A DNA stretch of 64,000 nucleotides from the IMG/VR virus record IMGVR_UViG_3300044646_002851; one strand, written 5' to 3'. The notes under the pieces are model-generated. The model was not told the origin of the DNA. It worked only from the letters and a program-made list of their open reading frames with translations, and ran no database searches. Shown here piece after piece: positions 37,372 to 47,789 of the stretch. Position numbers and translations under genes: made by a program. This DNA is from an uncultured virus (IMG/VR IMGVR_UViG_3300044646_002851) (lineage: Duplodnaviria > Heunggongvirae > Uroviricota > Caudoviricetes). Numbering within the stretch: the first letter of the stretch is position 1; each line of letters starts with the position of its first letter.

Positions 37372-38859
37372 ATGGCAGATAATCAACTTTGGTCATGGGG
37401 AGAGGGAAATGGAGGACAATTAGGAGATGGAACGGAAGTAAACAAATCGTCTCCTGTTCAAGTCTCTGGTTCCAACTCCAACTGGAGAAGCGTTTTTAGT
37501 GGTATTTTTCATACTGTTGGCATCAAAAAAGACAACACCCTATGGATTTGGGGTGCTAATTATGCAGGACAATTAGGAAATGGAACCATCGACAATAGCT
37601 CGTTACCGATACAAATTGGAGAATCTAATTGGAGCCAGTCTTCATGTGGCGCTTTCCATACAATAGCAATAAAGACTGATGGAACGCTATGGTCTTGGGG
37701 CGAAGGTTCGTTTGGCGAACTCGGAGACGAAACAACAACAGATAGATCTTCACCAGTACAAGTCGGCAACCAAACGACTTGGAAGCAAGTTTCGAGTGGT
37801 GTTTTTACTGTTTCAGCAATAAAGACCGATGGAACGCTTTGGTCTTGGGGCGAAGGTCTTTCTGGACAAGTAGGGAACGGAGAAACAGGAGTATGGAGTT
37901 CGCCAGTACAAGTCGGCAACCAAACGACTTGGAAACAGGTTGCTAATGGCTATAATCACACCGCAGCAATAAAGACCGATGGTACGCTATGGGCTTGGGG
38001 AGAGAACGAATTAGGTCGATTGGGAGATGGAACCCAAACAGACACATCGTCTCCGATACAGATTGGGAACGAAACAAACTGGAAGCAAGTGGATTGCGGA
38101 GCCTCACATACCGCTGCGATAAAAACGAACGGAACTCTTTGGGCTTGGGGCGAAGGTACGAATGGACAATTGGGAAATGGACAGACAAATTCTTTTTCTT
38201 CCCCGATACAGGTAGGAAACGGAAGCAATTGGTCGAAGGTTTCCTGCGGATCAGACTTTACCTGTGCTGTTAAGACCGACAAGACCATGTGGGCTTGGGG
38301 AGAGAATTATAATGGTAAATTGGGAGATGGAACCACAGAAGACAAATCATCACCAGTCCAGATAAGTGGCGACAAATATTGGGGAGATGTGGATTGTGGC
38401 TCTTACCACGCCATGGCTATAACTGGAAATACTCCAGTAAGGTTCAATTTCATACATCCGACTTATAAATTCGAAGTGGTAACATATACGCCAGAAAGCC
38501 TTATAGCTCTGGCTCCTTATCCAGACTCATTGGAGCATCTAACGCTGAACTTTCAGGCTCAGGAAGTAGTCATCAACAACAGAAGGTATAAGCATGGAGA
38601 TCAGTTCACGGAATCAGGATCAAAAGCCATACGAATCAAACAATTGTATGTTGATTCCAGCGATCCAGTACTGAAGATAGTTTGTGATGCTGGTTACAGA
38701 TTTGAGAATAATAGATGCGTTCTTGATTGCCTTGAAAGCGAAACGGCATGCGGTGGCGTTTGCTACGACCTTCTTACCGATAATGACAATTGCGGAGAAT
38801 GCGGCAATGTTTGCGATAGTGGATTTGCATGCGTAGATGGAGTTTGCACAGCAACATAA
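37372..38859 (+). CDS. RCC1/BLIP-II repeat beta-propeller with Cys-rich C-terminal domain
   Basis: Seven ~50-aa AIKTDGTLWxWGxxxxGQLGxG..SSPVQ repeats; CGGVCYDLLTDNDNCGECGNVC tail. Confidence 0.9.
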   Translation: MADNQLWSWGEGNGGQLGDGTEVNKSSPVQVSGSNSNWRSVFSGIFHTVGIKKDNTLWIWGANYAGQLGNGTIDNSSLPIQIGESNWSQSSCGAFHTIAIKTDGTLWSWGEGSFGELGDETTTDRSSPVQVGNQTTWKQVSSGVFTVSAIKTDGTLWSWGEGLSGQVGNGETGVWSSPVQVGNQTTWKQVANGYNHTAAIKTDGTLWAWGENELGRLGDGTQTDTSSPIQIGNETNWKQVDCGASHTAAIKTNGTLWAWGEGTNGQLGNGQTNSFSSPIQVGNGSNWSKVSCGSDFTCAVKTDKTMWAWGENYNGKLGDGTTEDKSSPVQISGDKYWGDVDCGSYHAMAITGNTPVRFNFIHPTYKFEVVTYTPESLIALAPYPDSLEHLTLNFQAQEVVINNRRYKHGDQFTESGSKAIRIKQLYVDSSDPVLKIVCDAGYRFENNRCVLDCLESETACGGVCYDLLTDNDNCGECGNVCDSGFACVDGVCTAT

Positions 38860-38862
38860 CAA

Positions 38863-39567
38863 TTAAATTTCTTTAAAATCTGAGTCAAAAAAAGAGAAAT
38901 CTTTGTAAAAGAAATCATACATTATTTTTTTTGCAAAGATTTCTTCATTATCATCCTCTTGGAATATTATTTTTGCTGGTATTCCTATTGTTCCAGCCAA
39001 GTTTGCGATTTCTGCATCGATACCAAAATAATACGAACAAGAAAGAATTGTGTGCGAAATTCTTCTGGTGTCATCAAAATGATGAAGTCTATTTTTAAAA
39101 TACTTTTTTGTTTTTAATCCGCCAACACAAATTGAATCTATACCTCCAAATTCATTTACGATTTTATTCATTTCGATTTCTGACATTAGTTGATTTAGTT
39201 GAAAGCAAGAAGATGTGTTTTTGCTATAAAACCTCAACTTGTTTAGTGGCAAAAATACACTTTCAATTTTTTTATCAATTATAAAATTTTTGTATCCAAT
39301 TCTTTTTGGTTCATACTTTTTATAATATTCTAAATCTAAAATATCAGAATATTTAAATGGCGAAAAAGATTCCGCTTGATGCAATGACATTTTCACATAA
39401 TTTAATACTGTTGCATAAGAAAATATTATGAAAAAATCTCTTAGTGTTCTAGCATTTGAACTAGCCACAGATATTCTTATGCTATTCTCAATGGCATAAG
39501 AATATAATGAATTCAAAGCTATCAAAGTTTCAGAAAAATTTAAGTTATGAAAATAAACATTGTTCAT
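38863..39567 (-). CDS. Degenerate GT9-like glycosyltransferase paralogue
   Basis: Aligns by eye with its neighbours; NFSET and YFGIDAEIANLAGT replace HLGD and FFGIDSGMSHLAGS. Confidence 0.55.
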   Translation of the reverse strand: MNNVYFHNLNFSETLIALNSLYSYAIENSIRISVASSNARTLRDFFIIFSYATVLNYVKMSLHQAESFSPFKYSDILDLEYYKKYEPKRIGYKNFIIDKKIESVFLPLNKLRFYSKNTSSCFQLNQLMSEIEMNKIVNEFGGIDSICVGGLKTKKYFKNRLHHFDDTRRISHTILSCSYYFGIDAEIANLAGTIGIPAKIIFQEDDNEEIFAKKIMYDFFYKDFSFFDSDFKEI

Positions 39568-39584
39568 GACTTATATATCGCTTT

Positions 39585-40316
39585 TTATTTTAGAATTTTT
39601 CTATAATGCATTCTCAAACTTGGATACATGTGGTTGTACCAATCTTGGACACTTTTTGCATGATAATTTCCTTGAATAACTACATCTCCAGATACTCCCA
39701 AAGAACCAGCAAGATGTGACATTCCACTATCAATTCCAAAAAATCCTTGAGATCCCAAAAGAAATTTACTTTGTTCGAATAAATTTGAAAAATGAACTTT
39801 TACATCAGGCAAATATATTTTTGTTTCTGGTCTGCCAATATAATATGAATTCTCGTTACCAAATAATTTTATTATGTTTTTAATTTCAACGAAATTAAAA
39901 TGTAGCTTTTTAGGACCACAAGAAAAAGAGTTTAATTGAAAACATTTATAATCTTTTTTATAAATATTACCAAGTTTGTTTTTAGGCAAAATGAAATTAT
40001 TGATTTTGATTGGTTTGATAGTCATACTTCCTATTGGCTTTTGACACCAACCACCAACACAAAAATCATTTTTAAATATATTTGAAAATGTAAATGGATA
40101 TTTCAATAATAAACTAAATTTCGATAGTTCAATTCTTTCATCATAATCAAAAATATCTAAAAGTTGTTTTGCAGCTAAATTTTTAGTATAAACATTTGCA
40201 TAAAAATTTTCTTGAATAGCCAAGCTATAAATTGCATTGATAAAGTTGATTGTATCTCCAAGGTGCATATTGCACAATATAAAAGATTCCATTCTTTTAT
40301 TCATGTTAAACCTCAA
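39585..40316 (-). CDS. GT9-like (heptosyltransferase-type) glycosyltransferase
   Basis: HLGDT; FFGIDSGMSHLAGSLG. Confidence 0.7.
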   Translation of the reverse strand: MRFNMNKRMESFILCNMHLGDTINFINAIYSLAIQENFYANVYTKNLAAKQLLDIFDYDERIELSKFSLLLKYPFTFSNIFKNDFCVGGWCQKPIGSMTIKPIKINNFILPKNKLGNIYKKDYKCFQLNSFSCGPKKLHFNFVEIKNIIKLFGNENSYYIGRPETKIYLPDVKVHFSNLFEQSKFLLGSQGFFGIDSGMSHLAGSLGVSGDVVIQGNYHAKSVQDWYNHMYPSLRMHYRKILK

Positions 40317-40423
40317 TTGTTATTTAAAAATAAACTAAAACAACAATACTAATTTAAACACATACATAATATTTACATTTTGATGTTCGATTATTTAATG
40401 ATAATGTTTCCAATTGAAAAGAT

Positions 40424-40891
40424 ATGAATAAAAATTATTGGTCTATTGAACTGTCGCATCCGTATTCGCCATCTTACGAAGATGTAAATACATATAAAGA
40501 CAATAGAAAAAAAGGAACTACCCTTTTACTTGGATGCACTCATAAATTGTTATCATTGAGCGACTTTCAGATGGACATAGATCCTTGGTATGAAGCACCT
40601 ACTGTAATTGTCAGAGATTGGATCGATAATGATAATTTCTATAACAATATGATTGGCGATGGAGTTTTGAACTTTACTAAAGATTTGACAGAAAAAATCA
40701 TCAAAATGTCTCAAAGATATACCGAGGCTTTAATTGTTAGATGTTTCAATAAGAAATTACCAAATATGAAAATAGCAAATTATTTCCCAACAGAAAACGA
40801 CTTTGCATTGAAACCAAGTAAAATCTTAAAACATCAAGATTACAACTTTTTTATATGGAATTTTAAAAATGAATCAAATGGAAGAATCTGA
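40424..40891 (+). CDS. Hypothetical protein (methyltransferase-like fragment)
   Basis: TLLLGCT, DIDP, IGDGVLNF. Confidence 0.5.
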   Translation: MNKNYWSIELSHPYSPSYEDVNTYKDNRKKGTTLLLGCTHKLLSLSDFQMDIDPWYEAPTVIVRDWIDNDNFYNNMIGDGVLNFTKDLTEKIIKMSQRYTEALIVRCFNKKLPNMKIANYFPTENDFALKPSKILKHQDYNFFIWNFKNESNGRI

Positions 40892-41897
40892 TCTTAAAGT
40901 AACCTTAGAAAAATTCGAAATAGGTCAATGGTCGTATAAGCCTAATTTCAACATAATTTCTAAATTTCCAATCATGAGCAAAGAATGTCTTCGAAAAGTA
41001 GAAATGAAAAAACATCTATTTACATGCAGCACATCTGGATCTACAGGAGAACCAGTATCGGTAGAAAAAACATATGAAGATTACATTTGGTATATGGCAA
41101 CTACAGTAAGAGAATTTATTTGGCGTAAGTGGGATTTCACAAAAAATGTCGCAATAATTAGAGGCGACAATAAGGTGGAAGATTTAGAAACTTGGGGACT
41201 GCCAAAATTTATAGCACCGATACAAGGCATGACATACAAAATGAATTTTGCACCTATAAGTGCCATTCAATCTTGGTTAGAAGAAAAAAATCCACATTAT
41301 ATTCATTGTTATCCATCTATTTTAAAACAAATCGATTTATCCAAAATAACAAATCTAATTGATGTTAAAGGCACAGGAGAATTGGGCGGAACTATGTTTT
41401 CATCTGAAGAATGTGGAACTATAGCAATACAATGTCCTGACAACAAAAACAATTATCATGTTATGGAAAATCAAATGGTCGAAGTCGATACTGATGGTGG
41501 TATGATTATAAGTACTATGACAAACCCTTACATTAAAAGATATAAAAATGGCGACCATATAGAGCTTGGTGAATGCACTTGTGGAAGAACATTACAAACT
41601 ATTACGAAAATAAATGGAAGAGTAAGAAATATGTTTGTGCTTCCAAATGGTGACAAAAAATGGCCATTGATTGGAAGCAGAGACTACCATAGCAAATTTG
41701 GAATTAAAAGGTACAAAGTCGTTCAGACAAAAATAGACGAAATCGAACTGCAAATAATTTGCGAGCCACTTGGAGAAAAAGAAAAAGAATTAAGGGAGTT
41801 AGTGTTGGAGTGGCTGCAATCGCCAGTAAATATAATTATCAAATATGTTGATTCTTTCCCGAATTATAAACATGAAGAATTTATTTCCTTGATATAA
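40869..41897 (+). CDS. Phenylacetate-CoA-ligase/CapK-like adenylate-forming enzyme
   Basis: STSGSTGEP, FSSEECG.IA.QC, RYKNGD, GRVRN. Confidence 0.85.
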   Translation: MNQMEESDLKVTLEKFEIGQWSYKPNFNIISKFPIMSKECLRKVEMKKHLFTCSTSGSTGEPVSVEKTYEDYIWYMATTVREFIWRKWDFTKNVAIIRGDNKVEDLETWGLPKFIAPIQGMTYKMNFAPISAIQSWLEEKNPHYIHCYPSILKQIDLSKITNLIDVKGTGELGGTMFSSEECGTIAIQCPDNKNNYHVMENQMVEVDTDGGMIISTMTNPYIKRYKNGDHIELGECTCGRTLQTITKINGRVRNMFVLPNGDKKWPLIGSRDYHSKFGIKRYKVVQTKIDEIELQIICEPLGEKEKELRELVLEWLQSPVNIIIKYVDSFPNYKHEEFISLI

Positions 41898-42638
41898 TCA
41901 AATTTGATTCTTTAATATTTTTCTGCTATAGACACGCAATGTTGGATACATTATTCCGTAAGCCTGAGAAATGCAATCAGTAAAATTATTACTTAATCCT
42001 TGAACAACTATATCTCCAGAAACTTTTAAAGATCCTGACAAATGTGACATTCCACTATCGACTCCGAAAAATGATTTGCAGCCTAATAGAAATTTACTTT
42101 GATCGATCAAATTTGCAAAATTAACTTTTATATCTGGTATTGAAATTCTTGTTCCGACATTGCTAATGAAATAAGAATTGCCATCATCAAATATATTTAA
42201 TATTTTTTTAATTTCATAAATATTAAGTCGTGGCTTTGCAAACCAATGAGACCTTGAATTTACTTGATAGCATTTATATTCTTTTTTATCTTGTTGTGGC
42301 AATTTGCAATTTGGGAGTTTGAAACTTTCTAAATAACCAGATTTAAAGGTACTTGCTCCAAATCTTCTGCCAGTCCAAGCCGCTTTGTTTTTTGTATTTA
42401 AATATTGCCCTACGGTAAAATGATAAGGTAATCCGAGAGTTCTTTTGACAATTTCTATCTTATCTTGATAATCAAAAATTTCCATCAATTGTCTTCCGAC
42501 AATATGTTGATTGTAATGTATTTTTGCTTTAAAACCATGTTGCAATGCAAGATTATAAATTATATTTGTGCATGCAATATTATCACCAAGATGAATTGGA
42601 CCAAGATTAAATAATTCTACTTTTTCTTCTTGTATCAT
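41898..42638 (-). CDS. GT9-like glycosyltransferase
   Basis: HLGDN; FFGVDSGMSHLSGSL. Confidence 0.7.
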   Translation of the reverse strand: MIQEEKVELFNLGPIHLGDNIACTNIIYNLALQHGFKAKIHYNQHIVGRQLMEIFDYQDKIEIVKRTLGLPYHFTVGQYLNTKNKAAWTGRRFGASTFKSGYLESFKLPNCKLPQQDKKEYKCYQVNSRSHWFAKPRLNIYEIKKILNIFDDGNSYFISNVGTRISIPDIKVNFANLIDQSKFLLGCKSFFGVDSGMSHLSGSLKVSGDIVVQGLSNNFTDCISQAYGIMYPTLRVYSRKILKNQI

Positions 42639-42727
42639 AAATAAACCTCAATCTATATATAAAATTATAAATATAGTTAAATATGAACATGAAATATAAT
42701 ATGTTTTTGAGATATAATGTTGATTTT

Positions 42728-42931
42728 TTAGATCAAATAATCAACATTTTTAGACTTGTTGATAAAAGATTCTATTTTAAAAGTACAATTACCACAAAAA
42801 TTAAGAGATTTTCCATCAACCTTGACAAAGGTAGAATAATCATACACAGATAAATCAGATGCATCTGCCAAACATGATTTATTGCAAATGTCACAAATGA
42901 CCAATGAAATTTTATCTTCAATTTTAATCAT
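42728..42931 (-). CDS. Small Zn-finger protein
   Basis: CDIC...FCGNC. Confidence 0.6.
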   Translation of the reverse strand: MIKIEDKISLVICDICNKSCLADASDLSVYDYSTFVKVDGKSLNFCGNCTFKIESFINKSKNVDYLI

Positions 42932-43247
42932 TGAATGCCTTCAATAAACAAAAGCCAACAAAAATAACAAACAATCCAATTAGTTGCATATAATTTAGTT
43001 TAAATTGAAAAATAAATATTGGAAGTATGTAACCTACAAACATTATCATTAAATCCCAATACGCACTATTTAAAAGTATGCTTTCTTTATTTGGTAGATT
43101 TTTAACTAAAGTAAACCATAGAAAAGATGAACATATATTTAAAAAAAGATTAATCCATATAAAATGTTTGGATAACCTTATAGATTCTGTAAAAGTCATC
43201 AACATAATGGCTATGTAAAAAACAGAAGCAATAAGATAATAGATCAT
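42924..43247 (-). CDS. Small 4-TM membrane protein (DMT/SMR-like)
   Basis: Four hydrophobic helices; QLIGLFVIFVGFCLL. Confidence 0.65.
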   Translation of the reverse strand: MIYYLIASVFYIAIMLMTFTESIRLSKHFIWINLFLNICSSFLWFTLVKNLPNKESILLNSAYWDLMIMFVGYILPIFIFQFKLNYMQLIGLFVIFVGFCLLKAFND

Positions 43248-43252
43248 TATCC

Positions 43253-44368
43253 TTATATATAAGGATTGTTTTCACATATTTTCTTAACTTCGTTAACAGG
43301 TTTTATATCAAGTTTTTCTTTACATTGCTCAATACTAAATCCAAGTTCTTTAAATTCTCCCATTCTTATCAATTGATCTAAATTCATATCTTCAACTTCA
43401 CCTTCCCAATCACCTAAAAATCTCTTTCTTATACTGCAATTTGGATTGTCGAAATTCCTTACATATTTAAATCTACTTGGTCTCTGTTTTAATGCATCAT
43501 CAATTTTTTCAATATCATTTGCTGTCATGAAAAATGCAACTTGCTCATAATTGTTATAAACTCCATCCATGCAGTTCAAAATAGAATCAAATGTGAATTT
43601 GATTCCCATGTTATTTCCACCATGATTACTTTCGCCAATAATGCATTTTCTTTTATCAAAATAATTATCAAAATCTTCAAGTAGCACAATGCACTTTTCT
43701 GGTATTTGACTAAACAAATACATGATGTCCATATTTGTGAATTCTGGAACAAAAGTTATTATGACTATTGGCAAATTATATTTAACAGACAAATATTTGA
43801 TAAAAGAAGTTTTGCCATTTCCGGGTTTGCCATAAAGTATAGCTCCTGTTTTCATAAGGCTTCCATCAGCCACTTTGCTTACTTCTTCTTCAATGTCTTT
43901 CCATAATAGTTCATCTATTATTGGTTTATCTGCAATTTTTATTGATCCGATTTTGTCAGTATACCAAGGAGTTGCAACCAATACTGGAACTCCAAATAAA
44001 TTCAATTGTATTTTTTTCAATTCATCTTCTAAAAATCTTTTAAGTTCTCCGTAAGACCAACGCAAGCAAGTGATTGTAGTTGTTAAATCTTTTCCTTGAA
44101 ATCCTGCTTGTAATAGTCTTTCGCCATGAGACAAATAAAATGTTGGAACTCCTTTGAATTTCAAAAAAGCTCTATAAATGACAGGGTGTCTACTTTCAGT
44201 GAAAAACTCTTCTTCTACGATAAATTTTGGGCAAGTATCAACTATTTCGTATAAAGTTCTAAATGTATTGTTATCTACCCTTATTTCCATAAAAACGATA
44301 TAACGCATAAAAGCCCAAATTCCAACTAAACTTCCGCCTATTGCAATGATAGCTGTAAACCAATTCAT
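43253..44368 (-). CDS. Membrane-anchored AAA+ ATPase, BCS1-like
   Basis: N-terminal TM; GAILYGKPGNGKT; LLEDFD; ILNCMDG; MTAN...IDDALKQRPSRF. Confidence 0.82.
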   Translation of the reverse strand: MNWFTAIIAIGGSLVGIWAFMRYIVFMEIRVDNNTFRTLYEIVDTCPKFIVEEEFFTESRHPVIYRAFLKFKGVPTFYLSHGERLLQAGFQGKDLTTTITCLRWSYGELKRFLEDELKKIQLNLFGVPVLVATPWYTDKIGSIKIADKPIIDELLWKDIEEEVSKVADGSLMKTGAILYGKPGNGKTSFIKYLSVKYNLPIVIITFVPEFTNMDIMYLFSQIPEKCIVLLEDFDNYFDKRKCIIGESNHGGNNMGIKFTFDSILNCMDGVYNNYEQVAFFMTANDIEKIDDALKQRPSRFKYVRNFDNPNCSIRKRFLGDWEGEVEDMNLDQLIRMGEFKELGFSIEQCKEKLDIKPVNEVKKICENNPYI

Positions 44369-44441
44369 AAGATCTGCTCCAAAAAGAATATTTTAATTAT
44401 ACATCCATTAAAAACGAATTGCAAACTCCATAAATAAGGAA

Positions 44442-44843
44442 ATGGAGAATAATATGAAAAGTATAAATGAATTTAAGGCTGGAAATAAGATAAAAGGTTT
44501 TGTTGGTAAATTATTTGAAGCAAGGCAAGTTGCTCATTCAGCACATCTCCAAACAAAAAGTTATTCAGAACACAAGGCTCTTGGTCACTTTTATGAAGGT
44601 TTGCTAGATTTGTCAGATTCATTTATTGAAACATATCAGGGTCAATATGGAATTGTTACTGGTTATGATTCGTTAAGTGTAAAAGTTCCAGATAGCATAG
44701 AAAAATACCTCGAAGACTTTGCTGGTGAAGTTAAATCTGCTCGTAAAAATTTAGATGAGGATGATACTCATTTGCAAAACATGTTAGACGAAGTTTTAGG
44801 ATTAATTTATTCGACCTTATACAAAGTAAAATACCTCAAGTAA
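44442..44843 (+). CDS. Ferritin-like four-helix phage protein (DUF5856-like)
   Basis: HLQTKSYSEHKALGHFYE...DSFIETYQGQYG...LQNMLDE. Confidence 0.75.
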   Translation: MENNMKSINEFKAGNKIKGFVGKLFEARQVAHSAHLQTKSYSEHKALGHFYEGLLDLSDSFIETYQGQYGIVTGYDSLSVKVPDSIEKYLEDFAGEVKSARKNLDEDDTHLQNMLDEVLGLIYSTLYKVKYLK

Positions 44844-44851
44844 AATTTAAG

Positions 44852-45937
44852 ATGTTTTACTCAATAAATAATAATATATTTTATTCAATTTGGATTTACA
44901 TGAAAAATAGGAAAATAGCAAATAGCGATTATATAAAAAGAAAAATCAATCAATCATTGCAAAAAAAAATAATATTAAATGTAAAAATACCCAAAAAAAT
45001 ATTTTTAGAATCACACAATCATGATTGTAAAAGAAAAAAAGAAAGTTTATTTTTAACAACCATACCATCAAAAATTACAAGACTTGATTTGCCAGAAGAT
45101 GGTAGTTTTAATGCTGGAATATTAGATTTAGGCAATAAAATATTATGCGTCTATAGACCAAATGAATATGAATTCGTAGCTTGTTTTTTAAATTATGAGT
45201 ATAAAGTCATAGATGATTTTTATTATAAGTTCAAAATGTATGGTGTTACCGATCCAAGGATAATTAAAACTCCTGACAATAAAGTTTTGATGTCTTATTC
45301 TATGAAATTTGATAATTATAATGTAGAAAGCATTGCGGGAACAATTATCATGGATCTAAATAAATCAGATCATGAAATTTTTGAAGATAAAACAATTAGA
45401 ATAAGCCCAAAAGAAATTACAAGTAGACAAAAAAATTGGATGCCTTTTGTTCATGAAAAAAAATTATACTTTATTGCAAACATATATCCACATGAGATTT
45501 ATGAAGTTCACACAGGAAGCGTCATAAAATCACAAAAAAAATATATAACATCATTTAAAAATAAATGGTTTATACAAACTGGATTAAGAGGTAATACAAA
45601 TGCAGTTCTCTTGCCAAATGGTAATTATTTGACAACATTCCACACAGTCGCAAGAGACGGAAATTTACATTATTATGATAATGGATTTTATATTTTTGAA
45701 GGCAAACCACCATATAAAATAACACATATGTCTGAAAAAACATATTTAAAAGCAGAAGATGCCACAGAACCTCATTATAGAAAATCTGGTCTTATACTGT
45801 GTGCATTTCCAGTCGGAATGATTCTTAAAGATAACAAAGTTATTATAAGTTATGGCGACAATGATTCTTGTGTAAAAATACTTGAATCATCCTTAGATAA
45901 TGTCATGAGCATGATGGTTAAGGTAAACGACAAATAG
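44852..45937 (+). CDS. GH130/PH1107-like beta-propeller glycosidase or phosphorylase
   Basis: FNAGI, DPRI, QKNWMPF, LRGNT, FPVG, ISYGDND. Confidence 0.7.
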   Translation: MFYSINNNIFYSIWIYMKNRKIANSDYIKRKINQSLQKKIILNVKIPKKIFLESHNHDCKRKKESLFLTTIPSKITRLDLPEDGSFNAGILDLGNKILCVYRPNEYEFVACFLNYEYKVIDDFYYKFKMYGVTDPRIIKTPDNKVLMSYSMKFDNYNVESIAGTIIMDLNKSDHEIFEDKTIRISPKEITSRQKNWMPFVHEKKLYFIANIYPHEIYEVHTGSVIKSQKKYITSFKNKWFIQTGLRGNTNAVLLPNGNYLTTFHTVARDGNLHYYDNGFYIFEGKPPYKITHMSEKTYLKAEDATEPHYRKSGLILCAFPVGMILKDNKVIISYGDNDSCVKILESSLDNVMSMMVKVNDK

Positions 45938-45949
45938 ATCAAAAATTTT

Positions 45950-46549
45950 TTATTCCTGTTTTTCAAAGTAAAAGCTATAACCTTCCCATCCAGAACCATA
46001 AACGGCTCTTTCTGGTGAATTATCATCCGAAGTATGAAATAATTTTATTCCTTTTGATGCAGTAAATTCATCTACGGCTCTTTTTACATTATAGCTTTCA
46101 TCAGGTCCAGCGGCATAGTCATGACCAGCAAAAATTCCACCCTTCTTAATCTTAGGATACCAAATGTTTAAATCGTTGAGACAACCTTGATAACTGTGAT
46201 TTGCATCTAAATAAATAAAATCAATATGGTTATCATAAAACTTATTTACAGCAACATTTGACCACATTTTTAAAAATGAAACATGTTTGTGATTCTTAAA
46301 ATCTCTTAAAACTTGGTGATATCTTTTAATTTGAACTTCGTTCGATAAATTACATGGATCATTGTATCCTTCACTTTGATTTTCCCAAAAATCAATTGCA
46401 AATAACTTTTGACATGTTTTCCAAGAATCAACAATTTGCTTTGTGAAGTGACCTGCTGCAACGCCAATTTCTACTCCAATCCCATTTGGAAATTTTTTAT
46501 CGATGTATTCAAGTAGTTCCACTCTATTTTTAAAATTTTCACTTAACAT
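45950..46549 (-). CDS. Methyltransferase (Methyltransf_24-like)
   Basis: GVEIGVAAG, DFIYLDANHSY, GGIFAGHDY. Confidence 0.88.
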   Translation of the reverse strand: MLSENFKNRVELLEYIDKKFPNGIGVEIGVAAGHFTKQIVDSWKTCQKLFAIDFWENQSEGYNDPCNLSNEVQIKRYHQVLRDFKNHKHVSFLKMWSNVAVNKFYDNHIDFIYLDANHSYQGCLNDLNIWYPKIKKGGIFAGHDYAAGPDESYNVKRAVDEFTASKGIKLFHTSDDNSPERAVYGSGWEGYSFYFEKQE

Positions 46550-47645
46550 AATACCTCCCGTTTGTCCAAGAATCGTTATAAATATCTACTTTTTCTTGAA
46601 TTGTTTTGCCTTTCATATCTTCTGTTAATATTTGTAAGTTCCTGCCTATTTTATATTTAGGTATAATAGTTGATTTATAAGAACTTTTATTTCGAATAAA
46701 TTCATAAGCTTCAGAAAAATCATTATGCCAAATGATAGAAGACAAATGACATGTTTTGCATATCCATATTTGATCTTCTTCAAAAATTTCTATTTCTCCT
46801 TTTTCTATTCTATTTTTTATATCAAATCTATTTGGCTCATGAATGCAGTGCGCTCTATCACAAGCCTCACATGGCTTTTTAAATACATGATCAGGAACAA
46901 TATTAGATCTACCAGAGTGTGATCCATAATAATGATGTAATCTGAACATTTTTTTAGAAAATCTTGCACAACGAGACCCAAATTTTCTTGCTCTTAAGCA
47001 AAAATCCTGATCTTCCCAATGCTCATTATTTGTAAATACTTCATCACAACCATTAATTTCCAACCATTCATTTCTAAAAATCATATAATTACCATAACAA
47101 TTAAGTGGCATTAATTTTGCTGGCTCATTGATTTCGGCACATTCTGTCCAAGAGCATCCAGATTCATTTATCTTTGGAATAGAATTCCAATTAACATTAT
47201 CGCTATTCATGTTCCAAATAGAAATAGAATGCCCCGTATCTGGATGAATATCATTTATATTTTTAGGTTCGCAATTGTGAAAATAAAAATCGCAATTAGT
47301 AGTTGATTCGGCACAAATTTTTGTGAAGTCTGGTGTTACAAATCTCCAACAAGACAATCTTACTATTCTATTTGATTCCGAATACATATATGGTGCATTA
47401 AATATTGCACAATCTAATCTTTTGGCTATATTCAAATTAGGCTTGTAAGGAACATGAATGATGTTTAATTTATAATGATTTGCATATTGCGGAATAAGAT
47501 CTTTTCTTTTAGAGTAGTGAGGGTCTATAACATAAACATCAAAATCTTTATACTTTTGTTCAGACAGGCATTTCAACTGTGCTTTAAAAAGATAATCTCC
47601 TTCAAAGAAGAAGGATGGTGTCATTCCTACTGTAAGATTTATCAT
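46539..47645 (-). CDS. GT-A-fold glycosyltransferase (GT2/GT7-C-like)
   Basis: QKYKDFDVYVID, INGCDE...WEDQDF..R, LHH. Confidence 0.7.
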   Translation of the reverse strand: MINLTVGMTPSFFFEGDYLFKAQLKCLSEQKYKDFDVYVIDPHYSKRKDLIPQYANHYKLNIIHVPYKPNLNIAKRLDCAIFNAPYMYSESNRIVRLSCWRFVTPDFTKICAESTTNCDFYFHNCEPKNINDIHPDTGHSISIWNMNSDNVNWNSIPKINESGCSWTECAEINEPAKLMPLNCYGNYMIFRNEWLEINGCDEVFTNNEHWEDQDFCLRARKFGSRCARFSKKMFRLHHYYGSHSGRSNIVPDHVFKKPCEACDRAHCIHEPNRFDIKNRIEKGEIEIFEEDQIWICKTCHLSSIIWHNDFSEAYEFIRNKSSYKSTIIPKYKIGRNLQILTEDMKGKTIQEKVDIYNDSWTNGRYYVK

Positions 47646-47789
47646 AATAAGTTATTTATGTAAGCTAAAGCAAAAAAAATTATAAGTAAAAAATAAAAAC
47701 ATATGATATAATAATGATGAAACTAATTCTTAATTGGGCAATAAAAGGTGTCCTTCCAACTTTTTATAAGTTTGGTAAATCAACAAATA

